Assembly: GCA_050953425.1 (NCBI GenBank)
Contig: JBMNMQ010000007.1
Span: 232,408 to 296,407, forward strand
Direction: 5' to 3'
DNA: 64,000 nucleotides
Source of the DNA: Anaerovoracaceae bacterium
GTDB taxonomy: Bacteria > Bacillota > Clostridia > Peptostreptococcales > Anaerovoracaceae
Both the position numbers and the translations under genes were made by a program. Shown piece after piece: positions 18,151-27,589 of the stretch (position 1 is the stretch's first letter; the number at the start of each line of letters is the position of its first letter). The notes under the pieces were generated by a model. That model did not search any database, was not told where the DNA came from, and saw only the letters and a list, made by a program, of their open reading frames with translations.

Positions 18151-19377
18151 ATGTTCACAGATCATATCAGCAAGGAAGAAGCGCTGGCACGCATCCGCGC
18201 TGCCTGGCAGCCGCAGATCAAAAACGAAGAAGTGCCGCTGGCGGAGGCGGCCGGCAGAGTGTGCGCGGAGGACTGCCGCGCCCGTGTCTCACTGCCGGTC
18301 GTGCGTGCCGCCGGCATGGACGGCATCTGTGTCAATTTCGATCTTCTCGCCGACGGTATCCCCGATACTTCGGCATGGCGGCGCGGCCGCGACTACGATC
18401 GCGCCGATACCGGCGATGATTTTGACGACCGCTTTGATACCGTGCTGCCGATCGAATGGATCCGTTCCCGCGAGGACGGCGGGATCGACATCGACATGCC
18501 GGCCGGGCGGCCGGGCGGCGGCCCGAAACTTCACCGCGGCATGAATGTGCAGCCGGCCGGCGGCATGCTGGAACAGGGAACGCTGCTGGTGCACGGCGGC
18601 ACGGCGCTGACGCCGCTCGATCTCGCGGCGCTGGCGGCCGGCGGATACGGCAGCGTGCGCGTGCTGCGCCGGCCCCGCATCGCCTTTCTGGCTGCCGGCA
18701 GTGAACTGGTGGAGGCCGGGGCACCGCTGCGGCGGGGGCAGAATTACGACGCCAATACACCGCTGGCGCGGGCGCTGCTGGAAGAGATGGGCGCCGCGGT
18801 GACCTGCGGCGGCATCCTCGGCGACGATCGGGAAGCGCTGGGCAGCTGGATCGACACGCAGCTGCCGCAGCAGGATCTCGTCCTCGTCAGCGGCGGCTCC
18901 TCAAAGGGCGAGGAGGATTACAACACCCGCCTGCTGGCGGCGCGCGGAGAACTGCTCTTCCACGGCGTGCTGGCGGCGCCGGGCCGGCCGATGAGCGCCG
19001 TCGTCTGCGGCGGGCGCACCGTGCTCCTCAATCTCGCCGGCCCGACGCTGGCTTCCTGGCACGGCCTCGAGTGGTGCGTGCGCGAGCTGATTCGCGACTG
19101 GTACGGCGGCGCCCTGCCGCGGGAGAACGAGGTCGAGGCCGTTCTGGAAGCTGACCTGCCGGCACCGCCGCTGTCGCTGATCGTGCGGCTCATCGTCCGC
19201 CGCGGCGAGGACGGCCGGCTTCTGGCACGGCCGATTCTCGGCAGTCGGCCGGCCGGCGGCGGCCGCCCCGGCCACCCCTGCATTGCCCAGCCCGATGCCA
19301 ACGCGGCGCTGGTGACGCGGCCCGGTGAACCGGCGCCGCAGAAGGGCGACCGCGTGCGCGTCAGGCTGGTGCGCTGA
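18151..19377 (+). CDS. moeA: Molybdopterin molybdotransferase
   Basis: 408 aa with MoeA/gephyrin-E architecture. The GGSSKGEEDY motif region is present. aggagg RBS. Confidence 0.85.
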   Translation: MFTDHISKEEALARIRAAWQPQIKNEEVPLAEAAGRVCAEDCRARVSLPVVRAAGMDGICVNFDLLADGIPDTSAWRRGRDYDRADTGDDFDDRFDTVLPIEWIRSREDGGIDIDMPAGRPGGGPKLHRGMNVQPAGGMLEQGTLLVHGGTALTPLDLAALAAGGYGSVRVLRRPRIAFLAAGSELVEAGAPLRRGQNYDANTPLARALLEEMGAAVTCGGILGDDREALGSWIDTQLPQQDLVLVSGGSSKGEEDYNTRLLAARGELLFHGVLAAPGRPMSAVVCGGRTVLLNLAGPTLASWHGLEWCVRELIRDWYGGALPRENEVEAVLEADLPAPPLSLIVRLIVRRGEDGRLLARPILGSRPAGGGRPGHPCIAQPDANAALVTRPGEPAPQKGDRVRVRLVR

Positions 19378-19527
19378 AGTGCGTCTGCCGCTGCGTTCCG
19401 GCCGGCATACATTTCCGTGCGCCATCTGCCCGCCCGTCCTTCGCCGCGATTCCTTCGCGCCGATCTGCCCCGGCCGTCCCCGGCGCGGAAAGCAGAATAC
19501 AAATTCCGTTGACGATGCAGAAAGTGC

Positions 19528-19556
19528 TTGACAGCCGCGGGGGAAGCCGCTAGACT
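19528..19556 (+). promoter_or_regulatory. his operon promoter P1 (TTGACA-17-TAGACT)
   Basis: Read directly: cTTGACAgccgcgggggaagccgcTAGACTg. Confidence 0.5.
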
Positions 19557-19606
19557 GTTACTTGAACGTGATAACACGTTAACGCATTAAAGCGATAAAA
19601 CAGCAT

Positions 19607-19635
19607 TTGGCAAAGTCCGGGTGATCCAGTATAAT
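19607..19635 (+). promoter_or_regulatory. his operon promoter P2 (TTGGCA-17-TATAAT)
   Basis: tTTGGCAaagtccgggtgatccagTATAATg. It sits ~60 nt upstream of the hisZG ATG. Confidence 0.5.
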
Positions 19636-19696
19636 GAAGAGACGGTCTGCACCGCGCAGCAGCGAAGGCGTGCCGGCCGGCGGGAGGTTGAACGAG

Positions 19697-21280
19697 ATGG
19701 GAATTTATGAAACGGCGAATCTGCGGCCGGAGGAGATCGCGACGCTGGAGCTGCGAGCCCTCTACGAGGGACACGGCTACCGCAAGTATAAAATGAGCAA
19801 ATTCGAGGAGTACAGCCTCTATGCCAATAACCGCGATTTCCTCGCCGGGGACAAGGTGCTGACGTTCACCGATCTCGACGGCCGTCTGATGGCGCTCAAG
19901 CCCGATGTGACGCTGTCGATCATCAAGGACATGCATCCCGGCGAAAGTGAACTGGAAAAGCTCTACTATATCGAGAACGTCTATCGCGAAAGCCGCGCCA
20001 GCAACAGCTTTCAGGAAATTCAGCAGATCGGCCTGGAGATGCTCGGCCGCATCGGCCGCGCCGAGATCATCGAAGCGCTGACGATGGCGGCGCAGACGCT
20101 GGCGACGATCAGCGACGCGTACCTGCTGGAGCTGTCGAACATGACCTTCACCGAAGAGCTGCTGCGGACGATGGAGCTCAGCAGCGAGGCGGCCCAGCAT
20201 CTGCTGCGTCTGATTCGCGCCAAGAATGCCGATGGCATCCGCAAGGTGGCGGCAGAGGAAGGACTGCCGCCGGCTGCGGTCGACAATCTCTGTGCGATCA
20301 CGGAACTGTCCGGCCCTGTCGAGGAGACGCTGGAACGGGCGCGCGGGCTGGCCATCAACCGCACGATGCTGGCGGCGCTCGATGAACTGCGGGAGATCAG
20401 CGCCGGCATGAAAGCCGCCGGCGCCGCCGACCGGCTGGTGCTCGATCTCTCGATGGTCAACGACATCGATTACTACAACGGCGTGATCTTCAAGGGATAC
20501 ATCCCCGGCGCCGCCGTCAATGTACTCGCCGGCGGGCAGTACGACCGGGCGATGGCCCTGTTCGGCCGCCGCAGCGGTGCAATCGGGTTTGCTCTCTATC
20601 TCGACGAAGTGGCGCACGGCATCGCCGCCCCGGCCGGTGACCGCGGCGGCATGCTGACGATCGCTCTGCCCAAGGGCCGGCTCGGCGATCAGGTCTACGA
20701 GATCCTCAGCCGCGGCGGCTATGAGTGCGATGCCTACAACGACAAAAACCGCCGCCTGGTGGTCGAAAACCGCGACAAAAACGTCCGCTACATTCTCGTC
20801 AAGCCCAGCGACGTCGCCGTCTACGTCGAGCACGGCGCAGCCGACGTCGGCATCGTCGGCAAGGACATCCTCATGGAGAACGAACCGGACGTCTATGAGC
20901 TCAAGGATCTCGGCATCGGCCGCTGCCGCATGTCGGTGGCGGCACCGAAGGGCTATGTCGATGATCCGGACAAGACGCTGCGCGTGGCGACCAAGTTTGT
21001 CAACGTCGCCAAAAAGCACTACCAGGCGCGCAACCGCGACATCGAAATCATCAAGCTCAACGGCAGCATCGAACTCGGCCCGATTGTCGGCCTCTCCGAC
21101 GTCATCGTCGACATCGTCGAAACCGGCAATACTATCCGCGAAAACAACCTCGAGGTCATCGAGCAGTTCAAGGATATCAGTGCACGCTTCATCGCCAATA
21201 AGACCAGCTATCGCTTCCGCCACGCGCAGATCGACGAAATGGTCGGCAGGCTGGGCAGCGCCCCGGCCGGGCGGGACTGA
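19697..21280 (+). CDS. hisZG: ATP phosphoribosyltransferase regulatory subunit fused in-frame to the ATP phosphoribosyltransferase catalytic subunit (HisZ-HisG fusion)
   Basis: A single frame. The first ~318 aa form a HisZ-like class-II aaRS-like domain. The next ~210 aa, beginning MLTIALPKGRLGD, are short-form HisG. No stop separates the two. I chose the start at MGIYE, which has a gggagg RBS. Confidence 0.8.
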   Translation: MGIYETANLRPEEIATLELRALYEGHGYRKYKMSKFEEYSLYANNRDFLAGDKVLTFTDLDGRLMALKPDVTLSIIKDMHPGESELEKLYYIENVYRESRASNSFQEIQQIGLEMLGRIGRAEIIEALTMAAQTLATISDAYLLELSNMTFTEELLRTMELSSEAAQHLLRLIRAKNADGIRKVAAEEGLPPAAVDNLCAITELSGPVEETLERARGLAINRTMLAALDELREISAGMKAAGAADRLVLDLSMVNDIDYYNGVIFKGYIPGAAVNVLAGGQYDRAMALFGRRSGAIGFALYLDEVAHGIAAPAGDRGGMLTIALPKGRLGDQVYEILSRGGYECDAYNDKNRRLVVENRDKNVRYILVKPSDVAVYVEHGAADVGIVGKDILMENEPDVYELKDLGIGRCRMSVAAPKGYVDDPDKTLRVATKFVNVAKKHYQARNRDIEIIKLNGSIELGPIVGLSDVIVDIVETGNTIRENNLEVIEQFKDISARFIANKTSYRFRHAQIDEMVGRLGSAPAGRD

Positions 21281-21313
21281 GCGGGCAGAAAAATCCCAAG
21301 GAGGTTCTGTTCT

Positions 21314-22372
21314 ATGAGCAGGTTCATGAATGAAAGAATGCGGGATCTGGCGCCCTATGAACCGGGCGAACAGCCGCAGACGGACGAGCTGATCAAGCTC
21401 AACAGCAATGAAAATCCCTATCCGCCGTCACCGGTGGTCAAGCAGGCGGTGGCGATGATCGATCAGGACAATATGCGCCTTTATCCCGACCCCGATACCG
21501 GCCTGGTGATCCGTTCCCTGGCTGCCTACTACGGTCTGCGGGAGGATCAGATCGCGATGGGCAACGGTTCGGACGAGATCCTCGCCTTCGCCTATATGGC
21601 ATACGGCGGACGGGTCTATTTCCCCGAAACCAGCTATGGATTTTACCCCGTATTCGGTACGCTCTTCGACTGCGAGGCGCATCCCGTCCGCATGGATGAC
21701 GACATGCGCATCAAGCCGGAGCAGTACCGCGCCAACGACGGGCTGGTCGTGATCGCCAATCCCAACGCGCCGACCGGCATGGCGCTGACGCGGGCAGAAG
21801 TCGAGGAGATCCTGCGCGCCAACCCGGATCAGGTCGTGGTGATCGACGAAGCCTACGTCGACTTCGGCGCCGAATCCTGTGTGCCGCTGGCGGACAGCTA
21901 TGAGAATCTGCTGATTGTACAGACGTTCAGCAAATCGCGCAGTCTGGCCGGCATGCGGATCGGCTTTGCGATCGGTGACAGCGCCCTGATCGACGACATC
22001 AACCGCGTTAAATTCAGCTTCAACCCGTACAATCTGAGCCAGGAAGCGATCATCGCCGCCAAAGCGGCCATCGATGACGACGAGTATTTCCAGCTGCAGC
22101 GGCAGCGGGTGATCCGCACGCGGGAAGCGTTCTGCCGGGAACTGGATCGGATGGGCGTTTTCTACTATCCGTCACAGGCCAATTTTGTCTTCGCGAAGAC
22201 CGGCTCCGGTGTCTATGAGGCCCTGCGTGAGCGCGGCATCCTCGTACGTCACTGGGAAACGCCGAAGATCCGCGATTTCATCCGCGTGACCATCGGCCGC
22301 GACGAAGACATGAAAAAACTGACTGCGGCGCTGGAGGAAATCCTCGGCGCGCGGCGGCAGGGCGCGGAGTAA
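21314..22372 (+). CDS. hisC: Histidinol-phosphate aminotransferase
   Basis: 352 aa, class-II aminotransferase. Motifs YPDP and TFSKSRSLAGMRIGF with the PLP lysine. Confidence 0.9.
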   Translation: MSRFMNERMRDLAPYEPGEQPQTDELIKLNSNENPYPPSPVVKQAVAMIDQDNMRLYPDPDTGLVIRSLAAYYGLREDQIAMGNGSDEILAFAYMAYGGRVYFPETSYGFYPVFGTLFDCEAHPVRMDDDMRIKPEQYRANDGLVVIANPNAPTGMALTRAEVEEILRANPDQVVVIDEAYVDFGAESCVPLADSYENLLIVQTFSKSRSLAGMRIGFAIGDSALIDDINRVKFSFNPYNLSQEAIIAAKAAIDDDEYFQLQRQRVIRTREAFCRELDRMGVFYYPSQANFVFAKTGSGVYEALRERGILVRHWETPKIRDFIRVTIGRDEDMKKLTAALEEILGARRQGAE

Positions 22373-22477
22373 GCCGCCCCCGGTCGTCCCGGTCGTCGCA
22401 CCCGTCTGGCCGTTCGGCCGCGAACGACCGCAGAGCCCGCGGACAGAGGCGGCGCAGCGGCAGGAAAGGAAGGAACT

Positions 22478-23062
22478 ATGCGTACAGCGGAAATTGAACG
22501 CCGGACCGGAGAAACTCAGATTCGCCTGTGGCTGGATCTGGAGGGGACCGGCAGCTACGACATTCACACCGACAGCGGCTTTATGCGCCATATGCTGGAG
22601 CTCTTTGCGCGGCATGGCCGCTTTGACCTCAGCATCGACTGCAGCGGCGACAGCGACGTCGACTTTCACCACACGGTGGAGGACCTCGGCATCGTACTCG
22701 GCCAGGCCTTTGACCAGGCACTGGGTGACCGCAAGGGGATCCGCCGCTACGGCAGCATGCTGCTGCCGATGGACGAGGCGCTGGTGCTGACGGCGCTCGA
22801 TCTGTCCGGGCGCGCCTGTGTCTGCTATGAGGCCGAACTCAGGGACCGCGTCGGCAGCTTTGACACCGAGCTGGTGGAGGAGTTTTTCCGTGCCTTCGCC
22901 CGCGAGCTGAAGATGACGCTGCATGTGCGGCAGCTCGCCGGCAGCAACACCCACCACATCATCGAGGCGATGTTCAAGGGCCTGGGCCGGGCGCTTGCGA
23001 CGGCCTGCGCCATCGACGAGGACTTCGCCGAGGAAATACCATCGACAAAAGGAGTACTGTGA
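22478..23062 (+). CDS. hisB: Imidazoleglycerol-phosphate dehydratase
   Basis: 194 aa with IGPD motifs (DIHTDSGFMRHMLELF, HHIIEAMFKG). Confidence 0.9.
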   Translation: MRTAEIERRTGETQIRLWLDLEGTGSYDIHTDSGFMRHMLELFARHGRFDLSIDCSGDSDVDFHHTVEDLGIVLGQAFDQALGDRKGIRRYGSMLLPMDEALVLTALDLSGRACVCYEAELRDRVGSFDTELVEEFFRAFARELKMTLHVRQLAGSNTHHIIEAMFKGLGRALATACAIDEDFAEEIPSTKGVL

Positions 23063-23667
23063 TGATAGCAGTCATTGATTACGGCGTCGGGAATCTCTTT
23101 TCCCTGACGGCTTCCCTGAAATATCTGGATATCGATACGGTCGTCACCAGCCGCCGCGAGGACATCGAGGCGGCGGACCGCATCATTCTGCCGGGCGTGG
23201 GCGCATTCGCCGATGCCCGCCGCAAGCTCGACGACACCGGGCTGGTGGAGACGATCCGGTCGCAGACGGCGGCCGGCAAGCCGCTGCTGGGCATCTGCCT
23301 CGGCATGCAGCTGCTCTTTGACCGCAGCCTGGAGTACGGCGAACATGAGGGCCTGGGCCTGATCCCGGGCGAGGTGGCGCCGATCGCCGACGATCTGCAC
23401 CGCGGCCTCAAGGTGCCGCACATCGGCTGGAACAGCCTGCGGATCAAGGAGGATCCGCTGTGGAAGTACATCGACGACGGCGAGTACGTCTACTATGTAC
23501 ACAGCTACTACGCGCGCCGCTGCGCGGAGAGCACGATCGGCACTTCGGAATACGATATCACCATCACCGGCGCGGTGCGCCGCGGCAGCGTCTGCGGCAC
23601 TCAGTTCCACCCCGAAAAGAGCGGCCGTACGGGGCTCAATATTCTCCGTGCCTTCAACGAACTGTGA
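23059..23667 (+). CDS. hisH: Imidazole glycerol phosphate synthase, glutamine amidotransferase subunit
   Basis: 202 aa. GICLGMQLL catalytic Cys and an HSYY motif. Its start overlaps the hisB stop. Confidence 0.9.
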   Translation: MMIAVIDYGVGNLFSLTASLKYLDIDTVVTSRREDIEAADRIILPGVGAFADARRKLDDTGLVETIRSQTAAGKPLLGICLGMQLLFDRSLEYGEHEGLGLIPGEVAPIADDLHRGLKVPHIGWNSLRIKEDPLWKYIDDGEYVYYVHSYYARRCAESTIGTSEYDITITGAVRRGSVCGTQFHPEKSGRTGLNILRAFNEL

Positions 23668-23776
23668 GCGCCGTGCGCGGGCGAGTCGAACCGCGCAGCG
23701 CCTGCACGGTGCCGACGGAATGAAGCGCCGTGCGCGGGCGAGTCGAACCGCGCAGCGCCTGCACGGTGCCGACGGA
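23668..23776. repeat. 57-bp tandem duplication (2 copies) in the hisH-hisA spacer
   Basis: gcgccgtgcgcgggcgagtcgaaccgcgcagcgcctgcacggtgccgacgga occurs twice, separated by atgaa. Each copy contains the internal inverted repeat gtgcgcg / cgcgcag. Confidence 0.85.
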
Positions 23777-23851
23777 TTGCAGTATCGCAGACGGGCGGAC
23801 CGGGTTCTGCGCCGGCGGATCCGGCGATGCAGCGAAGGAGGAAAACACAGC

Positions 23852-24628
23852 ATGAAAATATTTCCGGCGATCGATCTCCGCGGCGGCCGGGCGGTACGCC
23901 TCTATCAGGGAGATTACGATCGCGAAACCGTATACAGCGACGATCCGGTCGACGTGGCCCGCGGCTTTGCCGAGGCCGGGGCGGTCTGCCTGCATCTGGT
24001 CGATCTCGACGGTGCGCGGGACGGCCGGCTGGCGAACTTTGACACCATCCGGGCGATCACAGAAGCCGTCGATCTCTTCGTCGAAGTGGGCGGCGGCATC
24101 CGCGACGAGGAGCGCCTGCGCCGCTATCTCGACGTCGGAGTCGGGCGCGTGATCCTGGGTACGATTGCGGTGCGCGACCGCGCCTTTCTTGAGCGCATGG
24201 CGGAGCGCTACGGCGAGCGCATCGCCGTCGGCGTCGACGCCCGCGACGGCCGGGTGGCCGTCAGCGGCTGGAAGGAACTGACCGACCTCGACAGCCGCGA
24301 ATTCTGCCGCTATCTGGCCGGACTCGGCATCGGCGCGGTCATTTATACCGACATTGCCCGCGACGGCAGTCTGCAGGGCACCAATATGGATGTGTACCGG
24401 CAGCTGGCCGGAATCCCCGGACTGACGGTCACCGCCAGCGGCGGCATCAGCCGCCTCGACGAACTCGAGCAGCTGAACGGCCTTGTCGACGCCGCGATTC
24501 TCGGCAAGGCACTCTACAGCGGCACCCTCGATCTGCGCGACTGCCTGCGCATCGCCGGGCCGCAGCGGCCGCCGGCAGTGCGGGAGAGGCCGGCGGTGAA
24601 CAAGCAGGAGGAACAGCATGATAACTAA
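23852..24628 (+). CDS. hisA: 1-(5-phosphoribosyl)-5-[(5-phosphoribosylamino)methylideneamino]imidazole-4-carboxamide isomerase
   Basis: The start MKIFPAIDLRGG has an aaggagg RBS. The track ORF over-extends upstream in this frame. Confidence 0.9.
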   Translation: MKIFPAIDLRGGRAVRLYQGDYDRETVYSDDPVDVARGFAEAGAVCLHLVDLDGARDGRLANFDTIRAITEAVDLFVEVGGGIRDEERLRRYLDVGVGRVILGTIAVRDRAFLERMAERYGERIAVGVDARDGRVAVSGWKELTDLDSREFCRYLAGLGIGAVIYTDIARDGSLQGTNMDVYRQLAGIPGLTVTASGGISRLDELEQLNGLVDAAILGKALYSGTLDLRDCLRIAGPQRPPAVRERPAVNKQEEQHDN

Positions 24629-25376
24629 ACGGATCATACCCTGTCTCGACGTCAGGGACGGTAAAGTAGTCAAGGGAGTAAATTTTGAGGGCGTGCGCGA
24701 CGTCGCCGACCCGGTGGAGATGGCGCGCTTTTACAACGAGGAAGGCGCCGACGAGCTGGTCTTTTACGACATCACCGCCAGCGTCGAGGGACGGACGCTG
24801 TTCACCGACATCCTCACCCGCGTCGCCAGTGAGATCTTCATCCCGCTGACGGTGGGCGGCGGCATCTCCACGCTGGATGACTTCGACCGCGTGCTCAAAT
24901 GCGGCGCCGACAAGGTCAGCGTCAACAGCGGCGCGATCCGCAATCCGGACCTGATCGAAGCCGGGGCGAAGAAATACGGCGATCAGTGCGTCGTCCTCTC
25001 GATGGACATCAAGCGCGTCGACGGCAGCTTCCATCTCTTCCGCAACGGCGGCCGCGAAGACACCGGCATCGACGCCCTGCAGTGGGCCGTCGACGGCGTC
25101 AACCGCGGTGCCGGTGAACTGGTCGTCAACAGCATCGATACCGACGGCGTCAAGGACGGCTTTGATCTCGAAATGCTCGATGCCATCGGCGCCCGCGTCA
25201 AGGTGCCGATCATTGCCAGCGGCGGCGCCGGCTGCCGCGAGGACTTTGCCGAACTCTTCCGCAGTCATCCGGCGGTCGATGCCGGACTGGCTGCCAGCAT
25301 CTTTCATTTCAAGGAAGTGGCGATCGGCGATTTGAAGCGCTACCTGCGCGAACAGGGCGTGGAAGTGCGGCTGTAG
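24618..25376 (+). CDS. hisF: Imidazole glycerol phosphate synthase, cyclase subunit
   Basis: 252 aa beginning MITKRIIPCLDV. Confidence 0.9.
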   Translation: MITKRIIPCLDVRDGKVVKGVNFEGVRDVADPVEMARFYNEEGADELVFYDITASVEGRTLFTDILTRVASEIFIPLTVGGGISTLDDFDRVLKCGADKVSVNSGAIRNPDLIEAGAKKYGDQCVVLSMDIKRVDGSFHLFRNGGREDTGIDALQWAVDGVNRGAGELVVNSIDTDGVKDGFDLEMLDAIGARVKVPIIASGGAGCREDFAELFRSHPAVDAGLAASIFHFKEVAIGDLKRYLREQGVEVRL

Positions 25377-25457
25377 GAACAATGGTGAAAATCCGGCTTT
25401 CGGAATAATGCAGGAATGCGGGAGCGAAATGCGCGGCGACAGGAAAGAAGGAGCGAA

Positions 25458-26105
25458 ATGAACGGCGAACTGAATCTGAAATTCGATGACAAGGGACTGA
25501 TTCCGGCAATCGTGCAGGACCACTATACCAAGGAAGTCCTGACGCTGGCCTATATGAACGAGGAAAGCCTGGCGATTACGCAGAAGGAGGGGTATACCTG
25601 CTTCTGGTCGCGCAGTCGGCAGCAGCTGTGGCGCAAGGGCGAGACCAGCGGCAACCGCCAGAAGGTCGTCACGATCACGGCCGACTGCGACTGCGACGCC
25701 CTGGTGATCGACGTCATCAAGGACGGCCCGGCCTGCCATACCGGTGCCGAAAGCTGCTTTTTCAACGAGCTGTGGCAGAGCGACGAGGAGACGCCGTTCA
25801 GCTACGAGGGACTTTATCACCTGCTCGAGGGGCGCCGCGACACGCCCCGGGAGGGCAGCTACACGACCTATCTGTTTGAAAAGGGCATGGACAAGATCCT
25901 CAAGAAGGTCGGCGAGGAATGCACCGAGGTCATCATCGGCGCCTGCAAGGGCGACAAGGCGGAAGCCAACTACGAGATCGCCGATCTCGTCTATCATGTG
26001 ATGGTGATGATGGTGGCCATGGGCATCAAGCCCCGCGACGTCACGGCGGAGCTGGCCAGCCGTCACGTCATCGACCACAAGATCAAGCAGGAACGGATGA
26101 AATAG
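25458..26105 (+). CDS. hisIE: Bifunctional phosphoribosyl-AMP cyclohydrolase / phosphoribosyl-ATP pyrophosphatase
   Basis: I chose the start MNGELNLKF (gaaggag RBS). The HisI part has [10 protein letters not shown] and the HisE part is the C-terminal MazG-like region. Confidence 0.85.
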   Translation: MNGELNLKFDDKGLIPAIVQDHYTKEVLTLAYMNEESLAITQKEGYTCFWSRSRQQLWRKGETSGNRQKVVTITADCDCDALVIDVIKDGPACHTGAESCFFNELWQSDEETPFSYEGLYHLLEGRRDTPREGSYTTYLFEKGMDKILKKVGEECTEVIIGACKGDKAEANYEIADLVYHVMVMMVAMGIKPRDVTAELASRHVIDHKIKQERMK

Positions 26106-26147
26106 CGCCGCGAGCGGCCGGAGCGGCGCGGCGGAGAGGGCAGGAAA

Positions 26148-26212
26148 AACCGGGGCGGCAGCGGCAGTGCGGTCAGCAGTGCCGGCACAGACGTCAGACC
26201 CCGGTTTTTTAT
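26148..26212. terminator. Bidirectional intrinsic terminator between the his operon and the convergent cob operon
   Basis: aaaaaccgggg ... ccccggtttttta; a long GC stem flanked by A and T runs. Confidence 0.6.
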
Positions 26213-26250
26213 GTCGTTTTTCCGCGGTCGTACTGCCGCGGTTTTCTGCG

Positions 26251-26679
26251 TCATTCCTGCGTACGGCTTCCGTTTCCGTCCTTGAGCCGCAGCGGCAGGC
26301 CGCAGAAGAGGCGGATGACGGTGCCGGCGCGGCCGGCCAGCCAGATGGCGGTGCGGCCGTTGGCTTCGCGCCAGGCGCGCAGCTCGGCGTCGACCGGCAC
26401 CAGACCGGCGGAAATATCGCGGCAGATCAGCACCTTGCCGTCCAGATCCCCGGCACAGCCGCGGAGGATATCGAGTGGGTCAATTCCGCGGCGCACACAG
26501 GCGCGGGTGAATTCCTCCAGATCATCGATGATCTCGGCACCGGCGGCTGCGGCCGGCAGTGTTTTCCGGCTGACCGCGCGGTCGCAGTCGGCAGCCGTGC
26601 AGGTATAGACGGTGCCGCCGAAAGTGCGGCGGGCGTAGTCGAGTTTTCCCTGACTGGCGCCGCCGGTGATCAGTATCAT
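26251..26679 (-). CDS. cobU: CobU/CobP-family protein (adenosylcobinamide kinase / guanylyltransferase-like) with a degenerate P-loop
   Basis: The start MILITGGASQGKL has an aaggaggg RBS. The C-terminal GLVPVDAELRAWREANGR..IWL region resembles the CobU guanylyltransferase segment. The Walker A lysine is followed by Leu rather than Ser/Thr. Confidence 0.65.
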   Translation of the reverse strand: MILITGGASQGKLDYARRTFGGTVYTCTAADCDRAVSRKTLPAAAAGAEIIDDLEEFTRACVRRGIDPLDILRGCAGDLDGKVLICRDISAGLVPVDAELRAWREANGRTAIWLAGRAGTVIRLFCGLPLRLKDGNGSRTQE

Positions 26680-26749
26680 ATTCTTTCCCTCCTTGATTCT
26701 TCCCGGCAGGTTTCTCTGCCTGATTCGTTTCTCGGCGGCTGGCACCGGG

Positions 26750-27589
26750 TCAGAGCAGCGAGACGAGGATGCCGGCGGTCAGCGCGCCGGCGAGTTCGCC
26801 GACGGTGACCATAAAGCCGGAGATATCACCGTTCATGCCCTGCAGACTGCGGCGGGCGGCCAGCCCCGCCAGCTGCGCTGCGATCCAGGTTGCGAGCAGC
26901 GGCAGCAGCATGCGGACGGCCGTCAAGGTGCCGACTGCACTTGCCGTGTCCGCCGCGAACAGCAGGTGCGCCGCCCGGGCGGGAAGAAACTGCCGCAGCA
27001 GCGGCAGCAGCAGGAGCGGCAGGCAGGCCATGGCTGTGACCGCGGCCACTCCGCGGTGATCCGCCCGCCAGCTGCTGCGGTGGTACTGGCTGGCAGGCAG
27101 CGGTGCGGCGGTCAGCACGGCACCGACGGCGGCGCTGCGGCTCATCAGCGGCACGCAGGCCAGAGACGGAAGCAGACTCAATGCGCGGGCATCGGTCAGC
27201 GGCACCAGCGCGGCACTGCCGAGCAGCAGCAGAACGCCGAGACCGACAGCGGCGAAGGCGCCGACGGCCGCGTCCTTGAGAATGCGGCGCCGGTCGTCCA
27301 GATCGCGGCGGGAGAACACGGCGTCGCAGACGTCCATATAGCCGTCGACATGGATGGCGCCGGTCAGCCACAGCGGCAGGAGCGCGAGTACGGCCGCGGA
27401 AAGCATCGGGTGCAGCGGCAGCTGCAGCAGCAGGGCGGCGCAGACAGACCAGATCACACCCAGCAGCAGCCCCAGCGGCGGCAGCGCCAGCAGCATCTGC
27501 CGGCGGCAGCTTTCGTCCCATTTTTCTGCCGGGCAGGGAAGGGCGCTGAACATGCCCCAGGCCATCATAAACCCGCGCAGCACTTTCAT
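26750..27589 (-). CDS. cobS: Adenosylcobinamide-GDP ribazoletransferase (cobalamin synthase)
   Basis: 279-aa polytopic membrane protein with the CobS pattern (GLFSALPCP-like N-terminus, MDVCDA motif). Confidence 0.85.
   Translation of the reverse strand: MKVLRGFMMAWGMFSALPCPAEKWDESCRRQMLLALPPLGLLLGVIWSVCAALLLQLPLHPMLSAAVLALLPLWLTGAIHVDGYMDVCDAVFSRRDLDDRRRILKDAAVGAFAAVGLGVLLLLGSAALVPLTDARALSLLPSLACVPLMSRSAAVGAVLTAAPLPASQYHRSSWRADHRGVAAVTAMACLPLLLLPLLRQFLPARAAHLLFAADTASAVGTLTAVRMLLPLLATWIAAQLAGLAARRSLQGMNGDISGFMVTVGELAGALTAGILVSLL

Noticed and set aside
19563-19696. T-box or attenuator leader for the his operon
   Set aside because: There is no AGGGUGGNACCGCG T-box sequence, and the leader is too short (55-135 nt) with no terminator hairpin.
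19550-21223. 557-aa minus-strand ORF, plus other long antisense ORFs (24447..26078, 8210..9256, 42456..44192)
   Set aside because: They are antisense to the his, ABC and ftsH genes, which have clear motifs. They are shadow ORFs.
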